The notes: a model not told the origin generated them from the letters alone. DNA of 39,177 bases from Bacteroidota bacterium (GCA_947497195.1 CANMGM010000001.1:1-39177); one strand, 5' to 3'; counted from the stretch's first letter, positions 26,991 to 35,980 are shown. Numbers and translations are program-made.

Positions 26991-28152
26991 GTTTATCGGC
27001 ATCCAGCCTTACGATATCTGCTATTAGCTTCATCCAAATCAGAATGAGCGGGAATATCTTCACCACGTAGGGATAAATAATCTCTCTTCTCACAAATGCC
27101 GGAAACAAATCGGTAGAACTAAGCGAGGTAAAAACGAAAGCAAAAACCATCAAGACTTCATTCAACGTATTTCTTTTTCCGGAAATAAACCAAATCGAAG
27201 CACCTGCCATTCCAATTACAATGGTAGGAGATTCGGTCATGTGATTAAACAAAATCACCCAAAGAAGCACCAGCGCCAGCATTTTTAGTCTGTACTCGTT
27301 GTTCGGATAGCATCTCACGCGAAACAACAGTGCAACAAAGCTGAGTATACCTAAGAGCAAAACAATGGATTTATCAAGCTCTAATCCGAACCAATAGTAA
27401 AGCCAGCCCATCACCGAAAAGCCATAGCTGCGTCCATGATCGGCCGTAAGCAATGTAAACCAGCTTTTGTGAAGCAATACGAACTGATTCCAGTCAACAA
27501 ATAGCAGCGGTAAAAAACTCAACAAGGCAAACCAGAAAATTGCCCATACGAACATTCTGCCTTTGTGCGGAAAAAAGAGAAACAAACTGAATGCTACAAT
27601 TCCGAATAATTTTATGAAAAAGGCAAGTGCAACAAATAATGTCGCTAAGGCAATCTTCTCGTGTTGCAGCATTGCCAGCGCTAAAATCATCAATCCTGCC
27701 ATTAAACCATTCGCTTGCGCATTGTGCAAACTTGTAAACAATTCGATTGCGCAGATTCCCAAAGCCAGTGCCTTCTTCTGAGCTGTAAGGCCTTTGAGCA
27801 AATGGATTCCAAGTACCAAACACAAAGCGTTGAGAATATTCCAACAAATCAAACCAAGCCAGTCGGGCATAAAGGCAAACAAGCCGAATAGCACTGCAAA
27901 GCCCGGACTGTATTTAAACAAATCATACTGATCGGATGGATAATGCACGTACAAATCCTTTCCATCAGTTAAATGCAGGAAGGAGTATTTAAAAATGATG
28001 TAATTGTTATAATGCGTGTGAATTACTCCACCAATATCTTTAAGTCCAAGCAGCAACGACTGAATCGAAATACCGGCTGCAAAAAATGCAAAAAAAACAA
28101 ACCAAGCGCTCGGTTGGCAAGCAATCTGAATTATTCTTTGTCGGAGCGTCAC
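26953..28152 (-). CDS. GT87 / DUF2029-family polytopic membrane glycosyltransferase (GT-C fold)
   Basis: 399 aa with ~10 TM segments. The N-terminal loop YNNYIIFKYSFLHL.DGKDLY......DLFKYSPGFAVLF matches the DUF2029 pattern of an acidic loop followed by (Y/F).Y(S/P)P. The GTG start (28150-28152) directly abuts the OmpA-family stop codon. Confidence 0.7.
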   Translation of the reverse strand: MTLRQRIIQIACQPSAWFVFFAFFAAGISIQSLLLGLKDIGGVIHTHYNNYIIFKYSFLHLTDGKDLYVHYPSDQYDLFKYSPGFAVLFGLFAFMPDWLGLICWNILNALCLVLGIHLLKGLTAQKKALALGICAIELFTSLHNAQANGLMAGLMILALAMLQHEKIALATLFVALAFFIKLFGIVAFSLFLFFPHKGRMFVWAIFWFALLSFLPLLFVDWNQFVLLHKSWFTLLTADHGRSYGFSVMGWLYYWFGLELDKSIVLLLGILSFVALLFRVRCYPNNEYRLKMLALVLLWVILFNHMTESPTIVIGMAGASIWFISGKRNTLNEVLMVFAFVFTSLSSTDLFPAFVRREIIYPYVVKIFPLILIWMKLIADIVRLDADKPNTGNETVAYQQ

Positions 28153-30084
28153 TTAGGGTAAGATAGTAAATTCGGTTCGGCGGTTTTGCTTGCGGCCTGG
28201 CTCGTTTGCATTGGCTGCCACCGGCTTGGTTTCGCCATACCCTTTGGCCGAAACGCGCAGTTCAGAAATTCCGTTTTCGAGCAGATATGCTTTAACCGCG
28301 CTTGCACGTTCCTGCGAAAGTTTCAGATTGGCATCATCGGCACCAACATCGTCGGTATGCCCGCCAATTTCGATTTTAAGTGTTGAATTTGTGTTCAGGA
28401 AATCCTTCAATTTTTTCAGTTCTGCCCTACTGGTTTCTTCGAGTTTGGATGATCCGCTGGCAAAGAAGATATTTTTAAGAATAATTTTCTCGCCTGCCGC
28501 AATTGGAGTTAAATTGATATTCGCCTGAAACACATCCGATGGATTAAGTTCTTTCGAGAGGGTGTAGTTTTCGGAGAAAAATAAATAGCCGGGCGCACTT
28601 ACATTCACAGCATACGACGAGCCCGCGGGTAAACTAACCAGAAACGAACCACTTTGTGCATCGCTTTTACTCACGGCCATGGTGCGTCCCGTGTACACAT
28701 CAATTACTTCAAAACGCGCTTCGAGCTTTGCACCTGTTTTTGCATTTTGCACGATGCCTTTCATGAAAGTTACCGCAGCTGGTCTTATTCTTTCGTCAAG
28801 TGCAAAACGATAGATATCTTTTACACCTAATCCACCGGGCCTATCTGAACTGAAATAAGCGAATGCACCATCAGCACTTATGATCATATGCGACTCGTCT
28901 GAAGCTGTATTTACCGGATAGCCCAAATTTACAGGAGCAGACCATTTGCCATTCGCATTCTTTCGGCTAACAAAAAAATCGCGGCCTCCCATTCCGGGAT
29001 GTCCTGAGGACGAGAAATACAGGCTACGCCCGTCGGGATGCAGAAAAGGCCCTGATTCGTCTTGATCTGTGTTGAGCGAATCGCTCAGGTTGTAGGCTTG
29101 CCCCCAAAATCCGTTCACTTCTTTCTCGACACACCATAGATCAGACATACCCTTTCCACCGGCACGACGACTAACAAAAATAAGCATTTGTCCATCGGCC
29201 GAAATGGTTGGTTGCGCATCCCAGGTTGGACTATTCACAGATTCGCCCAGGTTAACAGGTGTCGACCACACATTCCCCCTGCGCTCCGAAACATACAAAT
29301 CGCAACTGCCCAACCCGCCCGGACGCTCGCAAGCCGTAAAATAAATCGTTCGTCCATCGGGCGAAAGGCTATGTGCGCCTTCGTTCCCGTGCGAGTTTAG
29401 CGGTGGACCAACTGGTATTGCATTGCGCCATTTTCCTTCTTCTTTCTCGCTGATGTAAAAATCTTCTTCCACCTTTGATCCGCCATTGTCGGTGAGTGCA
29501 TCAGCAGGACGCATGCGTGTATAAATGATGGTTTGCTCATCGACGGTAATGGAAGGATGATATTCGCTATGTATGCTATTGATCTCAGGTCCGAGGTTTT
29601 CGGGTTTGAATTCGACCGGGTGCTGAACAGCAACTTCGGCGAAGCGGGCGTTACGAAGCAATCGATTCGCTTTTTTTCGGTTTTCTTCAGAGATTTTAGG
29701 ATAAGCAAGAAACTGTTCGAGGTGTTTTGCGGCATCCGAAAAAGCTGCAAGTGCCAGATCGGCCTGCGCCCAACGGAGGTATAAAGGCGGGAAGCGATCG
29801 GGCATGATGCGTGCGGCGGCGGCATAATTCGTTCGGGCTTGCTCTGCCTTGTCCATATCGAGGCACAAATCGGCAAGTGTAAGCTGCGCCTCAAAAAATT
29901 CAGGCGCTTCCTCTACCGCCTTTTGAAGGAAAGTGTAGGCTGCATCATTTCTCTTATACTGATAATTTTCAAGACCTTCCTCAAAGAGACGAATCGCCTT
30001 TTTATTACTCGTACTGTATTCTTTTTGAGCCTGCAGGAATGCTGCATTCAACAGCAAAAAGAAAAGGAGTTGAAATCCACGCAT
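28153..30084 (-). CDS. OmpA-family protein with N-terminal TPR, five PD40/TolB-like repeats, a CarboxypepD_reg-like domain and a C-terminal OmpA peptidoglycan-binding domain
   Basis: Signal peptide MRGFQLLFFLLLNAAFLQAQ. Five repeats of NLG..(V/I)NS...(E/D)..P.(I/L)S.DG..(I/L)(Y/F)F(S/T)S. C-terminal F(F/A)..S..L........L.....L.......I.I.GHTD..G....N..LS..RA..V..YL...G.......GYGE..P......E.GR..NRRTEF. Confidence 0.9.
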   Translation of the reverse strand: MRGFQLLFFLLLNAAFLQAQKEYSTSNKKAIRLFEEGLENYQYKRNDAAYTFLQKAVEEAPEFFEAQLTLADLCLDMDKAEQARTNYAAAARIMPDRFPPLYLRWAQADLALAAFSDAAKHLEQFLAYPKISEENRKKANRLLRNARFAEVAVQHPVEFKPENLGPEINSIHSEYHPSITVDEQTIIYTRMRPADALTDNGGSKVEEDFYISEKEEGKWRNAIPVGPPLNSHGNEGAHSLSPDGRTIYFTACERPGGLGSCDLYVSERRGNVWSTPVNLGESVNSPTWDAQPTISADGQMLIFVSRRAGGKGMSDLWCVEKEVNGFWGQAYNLSDSLNTDQDESGPFLHPDGRSLYFSSSGHPGMGGRDFFVSRKNANGKWSAPVNLGYPVNTASDESHMIISADGAFAYFSSDRPGGLGVKDIYRFALDERIRPAAVTFMKGIVQNAKTGAKLEARFEVIDVYTGRTMAVSKSDAQSGSFLVSLPAGSSYAVNVSAPGYLFFSENYTLSKELNPSDVFQANINLTPIAAGEKIILKNIFFASGSSKLEETSRAELKKLKDFLNTNSTLKIEIGGHTDDVGADDANLKLSQERASAVKAYLLENGISELRVSAKGYGETKPVAANANEPGRKQNRRTEFTILP

Positions 30085-30139
30085 AATTATTCGAATAACG
30101 CCGAAAAATAAGGAATAATACTCCGAGTTTGATAAAATT

Positions 30140-30164
30140 AAAAAAGCCCTGAAAAATCAGGGCT
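30140..30164 (-). terminator. rho-independent terminator after the adhesin gene
   Basis: The minus strand reads agccctg-attttt-cagggct followed by a T6 tract, 24 nt after the adhesin stop (30188-30190). Confidence 0.75.
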
Positions 30165-30187
30165 TTAGCTTTATGGTAATTTCCTTT

Positions 30188-33100
30188 TTACCGCTTTATC
30201 GTCACATCACCCGACAATACCTCTCCTCCAGAAAGTTTCAAGACATAGAAGTATACACCATCCGGCAATACATCACCGATCCAGTTGTTCTGGTAATCGG
30301 TGTTTACGTACACTTCATCGCCCCAGCGATTGTACACAGCCAAAGCCGACTCTGGAAATGCTCCCAATCCTGCTACGACAAAGAAATCGTTGAATCCATC
30401 GCTGTTGGGCGTAAAACTGTTAGGTGCTTTAACGGCATTCGACACGGTAAATATGCGTGAAAGGGTATCGGTGCAACCTTGAGCATCTTCAACAACAAGT
30501 GTTACAGTCAACTCTCCTTCAGCAGTATAGGAATGAGAAGTGTTTTGAGTGTTCGCACCCGAATTATCGCCAAAACTCCAGGTCCACGAAACAGGAACAC
30601 CAGTCGATTGATCTGTGAATGCTACTTGTTGGCCTGTTTGTGCACCAGTTTCAGGATCTGAGCTAAAGGCTGCAGCGAGCAAACTTTGCGTTAGGATTAT
30701 GGCATCGCTGAATTCGCAGCCATTTGTGTCTGCGACGGTCAAACTGATTGGGCCAACACCGGCTTCGGTTGCTTGCGTTACACTTCCGTTTGTCCAGAAA
30801 TAACTGCTCATTCCATCAGGCCCTGCAAGCGGTAATGGATTGCCGCCACACAAAGATTGATCTTCGCCTAAATCAAATTCAGGCAGTGCATTGATGCTAA
30901 CTACAACCGAATCCGGATTGTCATTGATGCAACGATCAACATTTGCAATCAGGTAATATGTTCCCGATTCTGCATTGTCCAATACGAGCGAATCGTTTGG
31001 CACATTACCGTTTGGTGTAACCCAAACATAGGTAACGCCTTCTTCCTCATTGGAAACGAGCACAAGCTGTTGATTCTCGCAAATCGATGCATCTCCAGAA
31101 ATCACCGGATTTTCGGGCAATGGTATCAAGGTCACTTCGACCGAATCGCGCACGGTACAGTTAAATTGGTTCTCAAGCTCGACCCAGTAAATACCCGATG
31201 CCGATGCCGTTAATTGAGCATCTGTTGATTCATCTTGCCATAGATAGCTTATTTCAGCACCTATACTTGCATCAAGTAACAGTGAAGTTCCTTCGCAAAT
31301 GGTCGAATCTGAAAACAGGAACTGGAATTCGGGAGATACATTAACATCAAGGACCAGCGAATCGGCAACCGATGGACAACCATTGCCCATGTAATATGCA
31401 TACAACGAACCCGACTGTAGTGTATCTGCAAGTGTTAGGCTAAAGGCATCACTATCGGTGATTGTAGTATCACCATTGAGTATCCAGTAATACATTGTTC
31501 CTTCGGTTGATTGCACAGAAAAGTCAAGATTATCGCCAATACAACCATTCAACTGATCAATCAGCTGTCCGTTCGTACTTAGGTTGGCATCGGCCGGACT
31601 GGCTGAAAAGAACAATTCAACCGAATCGCGCTTCGAACATTCAAACGCATTTGAAACCTCTACCCAATACAAGCCGGTCTCAGTTGCCGTTAAGGTTTGG
31701 TTGTTTGATCCGTCCTGCCATTCGTATGTTAAATTATCTCCGGCGCCCGGATCTAGCGTAATCGTCGAAACATCGCAAACCGTATCGGCCAAACCGATAT
31801 ACGCTTCCGGAGTAGGATTAACAAGAATCGTAAGTGTGTCGGGGAAAGATTCGCAACCATCTTTAACACAGAAGCCGAGATACGTTCCTGAGTTTTGTGG
31901 AATTGAATTGGGGAATGAAAGGGATTGGCCGTTGAATATGGTATTGTTGGCGCCAATCCATCCGTAACCATCGGCTTCCGACACGCTCGAAAGCAGCATT
32001 TCAATCGGCTCTCCTGCACACAGGGTATCGCCTGTTATGCTTGAATCAAACGGAGAAATGGATGCTATAGGTGAGGGCGGTCTGGGCGATGTCCAGATTT
32101 GAATGGTATCGCGTGCGCGGCAACCCTGGAAATCGGTTACGGTTACATAATATTGACCCGAATCGCTCACGATGAAAAATGGATCGCTGCTGCCATCCTG
32201 CCACTCAAATAAATACGAGCCCGGAACAGTGAGCAACAATTGAGATCCTTCGCAAATGGTATCGCGCGCTGCCTGAATGGTAACCGGTGGCTGATAATTG
32301 GTAACGGTGATGGTATCTGTAGCATAACATTCGTTACCACTTAAAACCTCTACATAATACGTACCCGGCTCGAAAACGGTAATTTTTTGTGTTGTATCGC
32401 CTGTGCTCCACAGGTAGGATGTTTTACCCGGACCGGCATCCAATGTAGCCGTATCGCCTAAGCATAGTTGGCGGTTAATGCCAAGTTCGAGGTATGAAAA
32501 ATTGGTGAAATATCCATAATTACAACTTGCACCAGCCTGGTAGGTTAAACCCATGTGGAAAAGCTCATCACTAAAATTTTGAAGCAATGTTCCGACATTT
32601 ACTGGTATTTCGGCCGTAGTGAACGCCTTTCGCATATACACCCATTCACCGTTCGTTCCGGGAACCGGCTGAAAGTCGGAAGCTGTAATAATATTGGGAT
32701 TACCATTCAGCAAGAAATTGCCTTCACTTCCGGCTTTAATCGTAACATTTAACTTAAAATTCGCACTTCCCAATCGGTTAAATCCAACCTGATTGGAACC
32801 GGTACATTCTAAAGAAGGAATTACAGCACCGGCTATCTGATCGCCTACACCCGAAATGTGAAGTACATAAATTGGCTTGTTTCCCTGAATAAATCCTGCT
32901 GCAGCGGTAAACGAATACACATACTGCTCTCCGGCGTTGAGTGTATCTACTGCCAAAGGATTTCCATCGGCAAAAATTTCCGTAGAATCTTCTGTTGCGC
33001 AAACAATTACTTTGTCGAGACCGTTGGCCAAATCGCCACGAACCACAATATGCTTGAATCCACAATTCTCAACCGAGATTAATTGATCGGCGGCTAAGTC

Positions 33101-33886
33101 GGCTCCACCCTCATCGCCAATTGGCGGTGGGTTCAAATCAATCATATCATCCTTAACGGTTACTGCAACCGGCTTGTCGGATTCTATTTTTGTTCCACCC
33201 GGTTTTGATGCCCCCAGGTAATCGATAGCTTCGCAGTAATAGGTTTGCCCTCTGTTTAATTGAATCGTAAATGGAATTCCCGCCGGGTGATTGAGAATAT
33301 CAATCGAAGGAGTAATTGTAACATTCGTCGTATCGTCGGTTGCTACGATTGCAAAACCTGAGCGCGGCTGAGGAATGTAGGGAGATCCGCCAAGCGTTCG
33401 TGCGTTTTCCCAGAAAGTTTGAAAAGGAGTGAAAAACAACGTTCCGTTTGCATTTTTCCCTTTCAATGCAATGATGTCTTTGTTATTGGCAGCACCCAAT
33501 TCGTAGTAGGCTGTAATTGGCGCCGTTGAACGAACCAAAATCCCGGTATTCATAACCGAATCGGGCGTGCGGGTTTCTATCTGATCGATGAAGGAGGTGA
33601 GATTCACGGTTTGTGTAGAATTGGCCGCAAGATTCACTACAATAGCTGGAAAGCCAATTAAATTCGCAGGCTGTAAAATTGTTACCTGCGCAGCATCTGT
33701 TAAAGTGGAGATTACTACACGAATTGGCCTGTCGCGAAATGCGCCACCATTAATTTCTCCTTGTGTGCCCTGCGTTAAGTCGGGCGGTGCAAACCAAAAC
33801 TCCTGGTCAATTTGTGCCGAAAGGCTTAAGGAGATAAAGAAAAAACCACAAATGATAGATAGAATTTTGTTCATTCGATTTAACAT
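30188..33886 (-). CDS. large T9SS type-B cargo: gliding-motility-associated C-terminal domain (CHU_C) adhesin-like protein
   Basis: 1232 aa. Signal peptide; ~440-aa N-terminal domain starting DQEFWFAPP (resembles the IgGFc-binding-like N-terminal domain of Bacteroidetes adhesins); eight Cys-bracketed Ig-like repeats (aa ~468-1067); one PKD-like domain (VAFTDQS..PVSWTWSFGDNS......H.Y...G...V.L.V); and a C-terminal PNSFTPNSDGFNDFF.V.G.......L.VYNRWGDEVY.......W.G....DGVYFYVLKL type-B sorting domain (nt 30191-30433). Confidence 0.9.
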   Translation of the reverse strand: MLNRMNKILSIICGFFFISLSLSAQIDQEFWFAPPDLTQGTQGEINGGAFRDRPIRVVISTLTDAAQVTILQPANLIGFPAIVVNLAANSTQTVNLTSFIDQIETRTPDSVMNTGILVRSTAPITAYYELGAANNKDIIALKGKNANGTLFFTPFQTFWENARTLGGSPYIPQPRSGFAIVATDDTTNVTITPSIDILNHPAGIPFTIQLNRGQTYYCEAIDYLGASKPGGTKIESDKPVAVTVKDDMIDLNPPPIGDEGGADLAADQLISVENCGFKHIVVRGDLANGLDKVIVCATEDSTEIFADGNPLAVDTLNAGEQYVYSFTAAAGFIQGNKPIYVLHISGVGDQIAGAVIPSLECTGSNQVGFNRLGSANFKLNVTIKAGSEGNFLLNGNPNIITASDFQPVPGTNGEWVYMRKAFTTAEIPVNVGTLLQNFSDELFHMGLTYQAGASCNYGYFTNFSYLELGINRQLCLGDTATLDAGPGKTSYLWSTGDTTQKITVFEPGTYYVEVLSGNECYATDTITVTNYQPPVTIQAARDTICEGSQLLLTVPGSYLFEWQDGSSDPFFIVSDSGQYYVTVTDFQGCRARDTIQIWTSPRPPSPIASISPFDSSITGDTLCAGEPIEMLLSSVSEADGYGWIGANNTIFNGQSLSFPNSIPQNSGTYLGFCVKDGCESFPDTLTILVNPTPEAYIGLADTVCDVSTITLDPGAGDNLTYEWQDGSNNQTLTATETGLYWVEVSNAFECSKRDSVELFFSASPADANLSTNGQLIDQLNGCIGDNLDFSVQSTEGTMYYWILNGDTTITDSDAFSLTLADTLQSGSLYAYYMGNGCPSVADSLVLDVNVSPEFQFLFSDSTICEGTSLLLDASIGAEISYLWQDESTDAQLTASASGIYWVELENQFNCTVRDSVEVTLIPLPENPVISGDASICENQQLVLVSNEEEGVTYVWVTPNGNVPNDSLVLDNAESGTYYLIANVDRCINDNPDSVVVSINALPEFDLGEDQSLCGGNPLPLAGPDGMSSYFWTNGSVTQATEAGVGPISLTVADTNGCEFSDAIILTQSLLAAAFSSDPETGAQTGQQVAFTDQSTGVPVSWTWSFGDNSGANTQNTSHSYTAEGELTVTLVVEDAQGCTDTLSRIFTVSNAVKAPNSFTPNSDGFNDFFVVAGLGAFPESALAVYNRWGDEVYVNTDYQNNWIGDVLPDGVYFYVLKLSGGEVLSGDVTIKR
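30686..32485 (-). repeat. eight tandem Ig-like (CHU_C-associated type) domain repeats within the adhesin
   Basis: Recurring C.G....L.A......Y.W..G.........G.Y.V.V.....C...D(S/T)(V/I/L).(V/L) units of ~62-82 aa. Repeats 3 to 8 alternate between two subtypes (see findings). Confidence 0.8.
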
Positions 33887-34015
33887 GCGTCTTGAAATTA
33901 ATTTACCTTTTTGTGAAATTATGCTGCAAATAGATAAGCACGAGATAGTACTTTAATAGGTTTAATAAGGTTACATTTTTTGTGCAATATTAATTCTCAA
34001 ACCAATACCAATAGT

Positions 34016-35977
34016 TCAATTACCGGCTTGAATCTTACGCCCAATCTTTCCTAATGCACGAAAAACAATACCGATATCACTGCTCAAGCGGTAATCTTTT
34101 GCATACAAAATATCGGCCTGTTCAATTATTTCAATTTCATGAACCGGGAAGCTAAAAGCATCGAGCGGAGTTAAAACGCCATGTTTAATTTTAGGTAAGC
34201 CGTGCACATTGTTTCTGCTTGCATAACCAACCCAACTTAATTTACCCCTAAGGCATTGGATGGCATTTCCGAACACCTTTAGCGGATTAGAAATTAGCAG
34301 TGTCAATGGAAATAAAACTAGTACAACCAGCGAAAAAACGATATCGAATGCGCGCTTTTTCCTTCTGTTTTCGGGCTTGAGGATGGAATTTAACCCTATC
34401 ACGAAATAATCACTATCTGTTTGAATCGAATTGCTTCCGATGATGAACAGGCTTTCCGGCGGAGCAATTTTATATTCAAGCGAAGGAATATCAATCTCTG
34501 CCATTCGGTCCATAATTTGTCCGCTGCTTAAATCATTACCGCAAAAAATAACTTCATCAACCGCGAATACTTCAACCAATTCTTTAATACGACTCAAACT
34601 TCCCACAAATTCTGCTGCATATGCATCTTGTTCATGCGGGAATACCAATCCAATAAACGCGTGTTTTTGCCCCGAACGTAACAGCATATCTTTAATTCGG
34701 CCGGCTTCATGCAATTCGCCAACTATTAAAACACGTCTGCGCTCATTCCTGTCGGGTAAAAGGCTTCGGTATGCAGCTAAATTGAAACTAAGCCTTAGAC
34801 CCACTGCCGCAAGTCCGGCCCATGCCGCTCCAACTAATGTTAAAAAGCGCGAATAACGCAGCGACTCCGGCAGCATAGCATAAACCAGAAGAATCAAAAC
34901 TGTTCCGTAAAAAACACCTTTAATGGCATTGCTCCATTTGTAAGGCTTTTCATAAGCTCCCTGAAACCAGATTCCGAGAAGCCAAGCGCATGTGTAAAGC
35001 GGAATTGCAACCCACAAAAACGAATAGGGATAATAAATGCCACTTTTATGTGCCCAGTAATCTTTTAAAAAGGCCATTCCGCCAAAAAACAATGCAGCAT
35101 CTGCCAAAGGAAGTGCGATACGACTCAAAATCCGCTTTGCAAACGAAAGCCCTGCACGCAACCAAACTGCCATATTTATTAACAGCGAAAACAGCTTTGC
35201 CCTTCCGGGAGAAAAATGCTTCTTCGCGAAAATCACCATCGCTTGGTAAAAAATAAACACATAATTGAGCGACGACTTCTTGGTGCTTTCGCCTCGGTAA
35301 TGGATAATGCGCGTTTCGGGATGATAATAAATCGAATAGCCTGCCTGTCGGATGCGGTAACTCAAATCGATGTCTTCGCCATACATGAAAAAGGCTTCAT
35401 CTAAAAATCCGGCTTTATTAAGCGCGCTGCTGCGCATGAACATAAATGCGCCCGATAAGACTTCTATTTCATTTGTTTCGTCTTTCGATAAATAGCCCAA
35501 ATGGTATTTCCCAAAGCGTTTTGAGCGCGGAAACAAACTGCTTAATCCAAATATCTTGTAAAATGCTACCTCAGGGGTTGGTAGTCCGCGTTTCGATTCA
35601 GGTAAATAATTGCCCTTGCCATCAATCAAGCGAACTCCGCAGGCTCCCGCTTCGGGGTGCGCATCCATAAATGCAATACATGTCGAAAACGTAGCTTCTT
35701 CAACAATGGTATCGGGGTTCAACAATAAAACATATTCACCGGTTGCCAATGCCAATGCCTGATTATTGGCCTTCGAGAAGCCTGTATTTTCGGAATTCGC
35801 TATGAGCTTTGCCTGCGGAAATTTCTCCCGCACCATGCGCACCGAATTGTCGACCGAATGATTGTCGACAACGAAAACCTCTCCTTCAATACCGTTTAGT
35901 GCTTTATAGACCGAGCGCAGGCACTGCTCCAGAAAAAATGTAACGTTGTAATTGACAATAACGACCGATAACTTCAT
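34016..35977 (-). CDS. family-2 glycosyltransferase fused to a polytopic membrane / Rossmann-like scaffold with a truncated phosphoglycosyl-transferase-like C-terminus
   Basis: N-terminal KLSVVIVNYN...VVDN.S.D.S......NTGF..ANN......G.Y.L.LNPD and YGEDIDLS (GT2, aa 1-~235). TM segments at aa ~260-400. RRVLIVGE...FIGLV...VDEVIF resembles the CoA-binding-like domain of WbaP-type enzymes. KRAFDIVFSLVVLVLFPLTLLI and LRGKLSWVGY resemble the first helix and the L.G.MS.VG motif of Bac_transf. Confidence 0.8.
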   Translation of the reverse strand: MKLSVVIVNYNVTFFLEQCLRSVYKALNGIEGEVFVVDNHSVDNSVRMVREKFPQAKLIANSENTGFSKANNQALALATGEYVLLLNPDTIVEEATFSTCIAFMDAHPEAGACGVRLIDGKGNYLPESKRGLPTPEVAFYKIFGLSSLFPRSKRFGKYHLGYLSKDETNEIEVLSGAFMFMRSSALNKAGFLDEAFFMYGEDIDLSYRIRQAGYSIYYHPETRIIHYRGESTKKSSLNYVFIFYQAMVIFAKKHFSPGRAKLFSLLINMAVWLRAGLSFAKRILSRIALPLADAALFFGGMAFLKDYWAHKSGIYYPYSFLWVAIPLYTCAWLLGIWFQGAYEKPYKWSNAIKGVFYGTVLILLVYAMLPESLRYSRFLTLVGAAWAGLAAVGLRLSFNLAAYRSLLPDRNERRRVLIVGELHEAGRIKDMLLRSGQKHAFIGLVFPHEQDAYAAEFVGSLSRIKELVEVFAVDEVIFCGNDLSSGQIMDRMAEIDIPSLEYKIAPPESLFIIGSNSIQTDSDYFVIGLNSILKPENRRKKRAFDIVFSLVVLVLFPLTLLISNPLKVFGNAIQCLRGKLSWVGYASRNNVHGLPKIKHGVLTPLDAFSFPVHEIEIIEQADILYAKDYRLSSDIGIVFRALGKIGRKIQAGN

Positions 35978-35980
35978 CCG

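Noticed and set aside
28090-28097. Homopolymer tracts as slipped-strand phase-variation switches: T8 on the coding strand at codons ~19-21 of the GT87 gene, and T8 at 38972-38979 in the signal peptide of the last ORF.
   Set aside because: Eight A/T is short for efficient slippage and is expected by chance where Phe-rich (TTT) membrane segments are encoded in an AT-leaning genome. No population data are available to show length variation.
33887-34015. Invertible (fimbrial or capsule-type) promoter upstream of the adhesin gene.
   Set aside because: I found only short imperfect inverted repeats (5-8 nt with mismatches) and no nearby recombinase. I also found no exact TAnnTTTG in either orientation.
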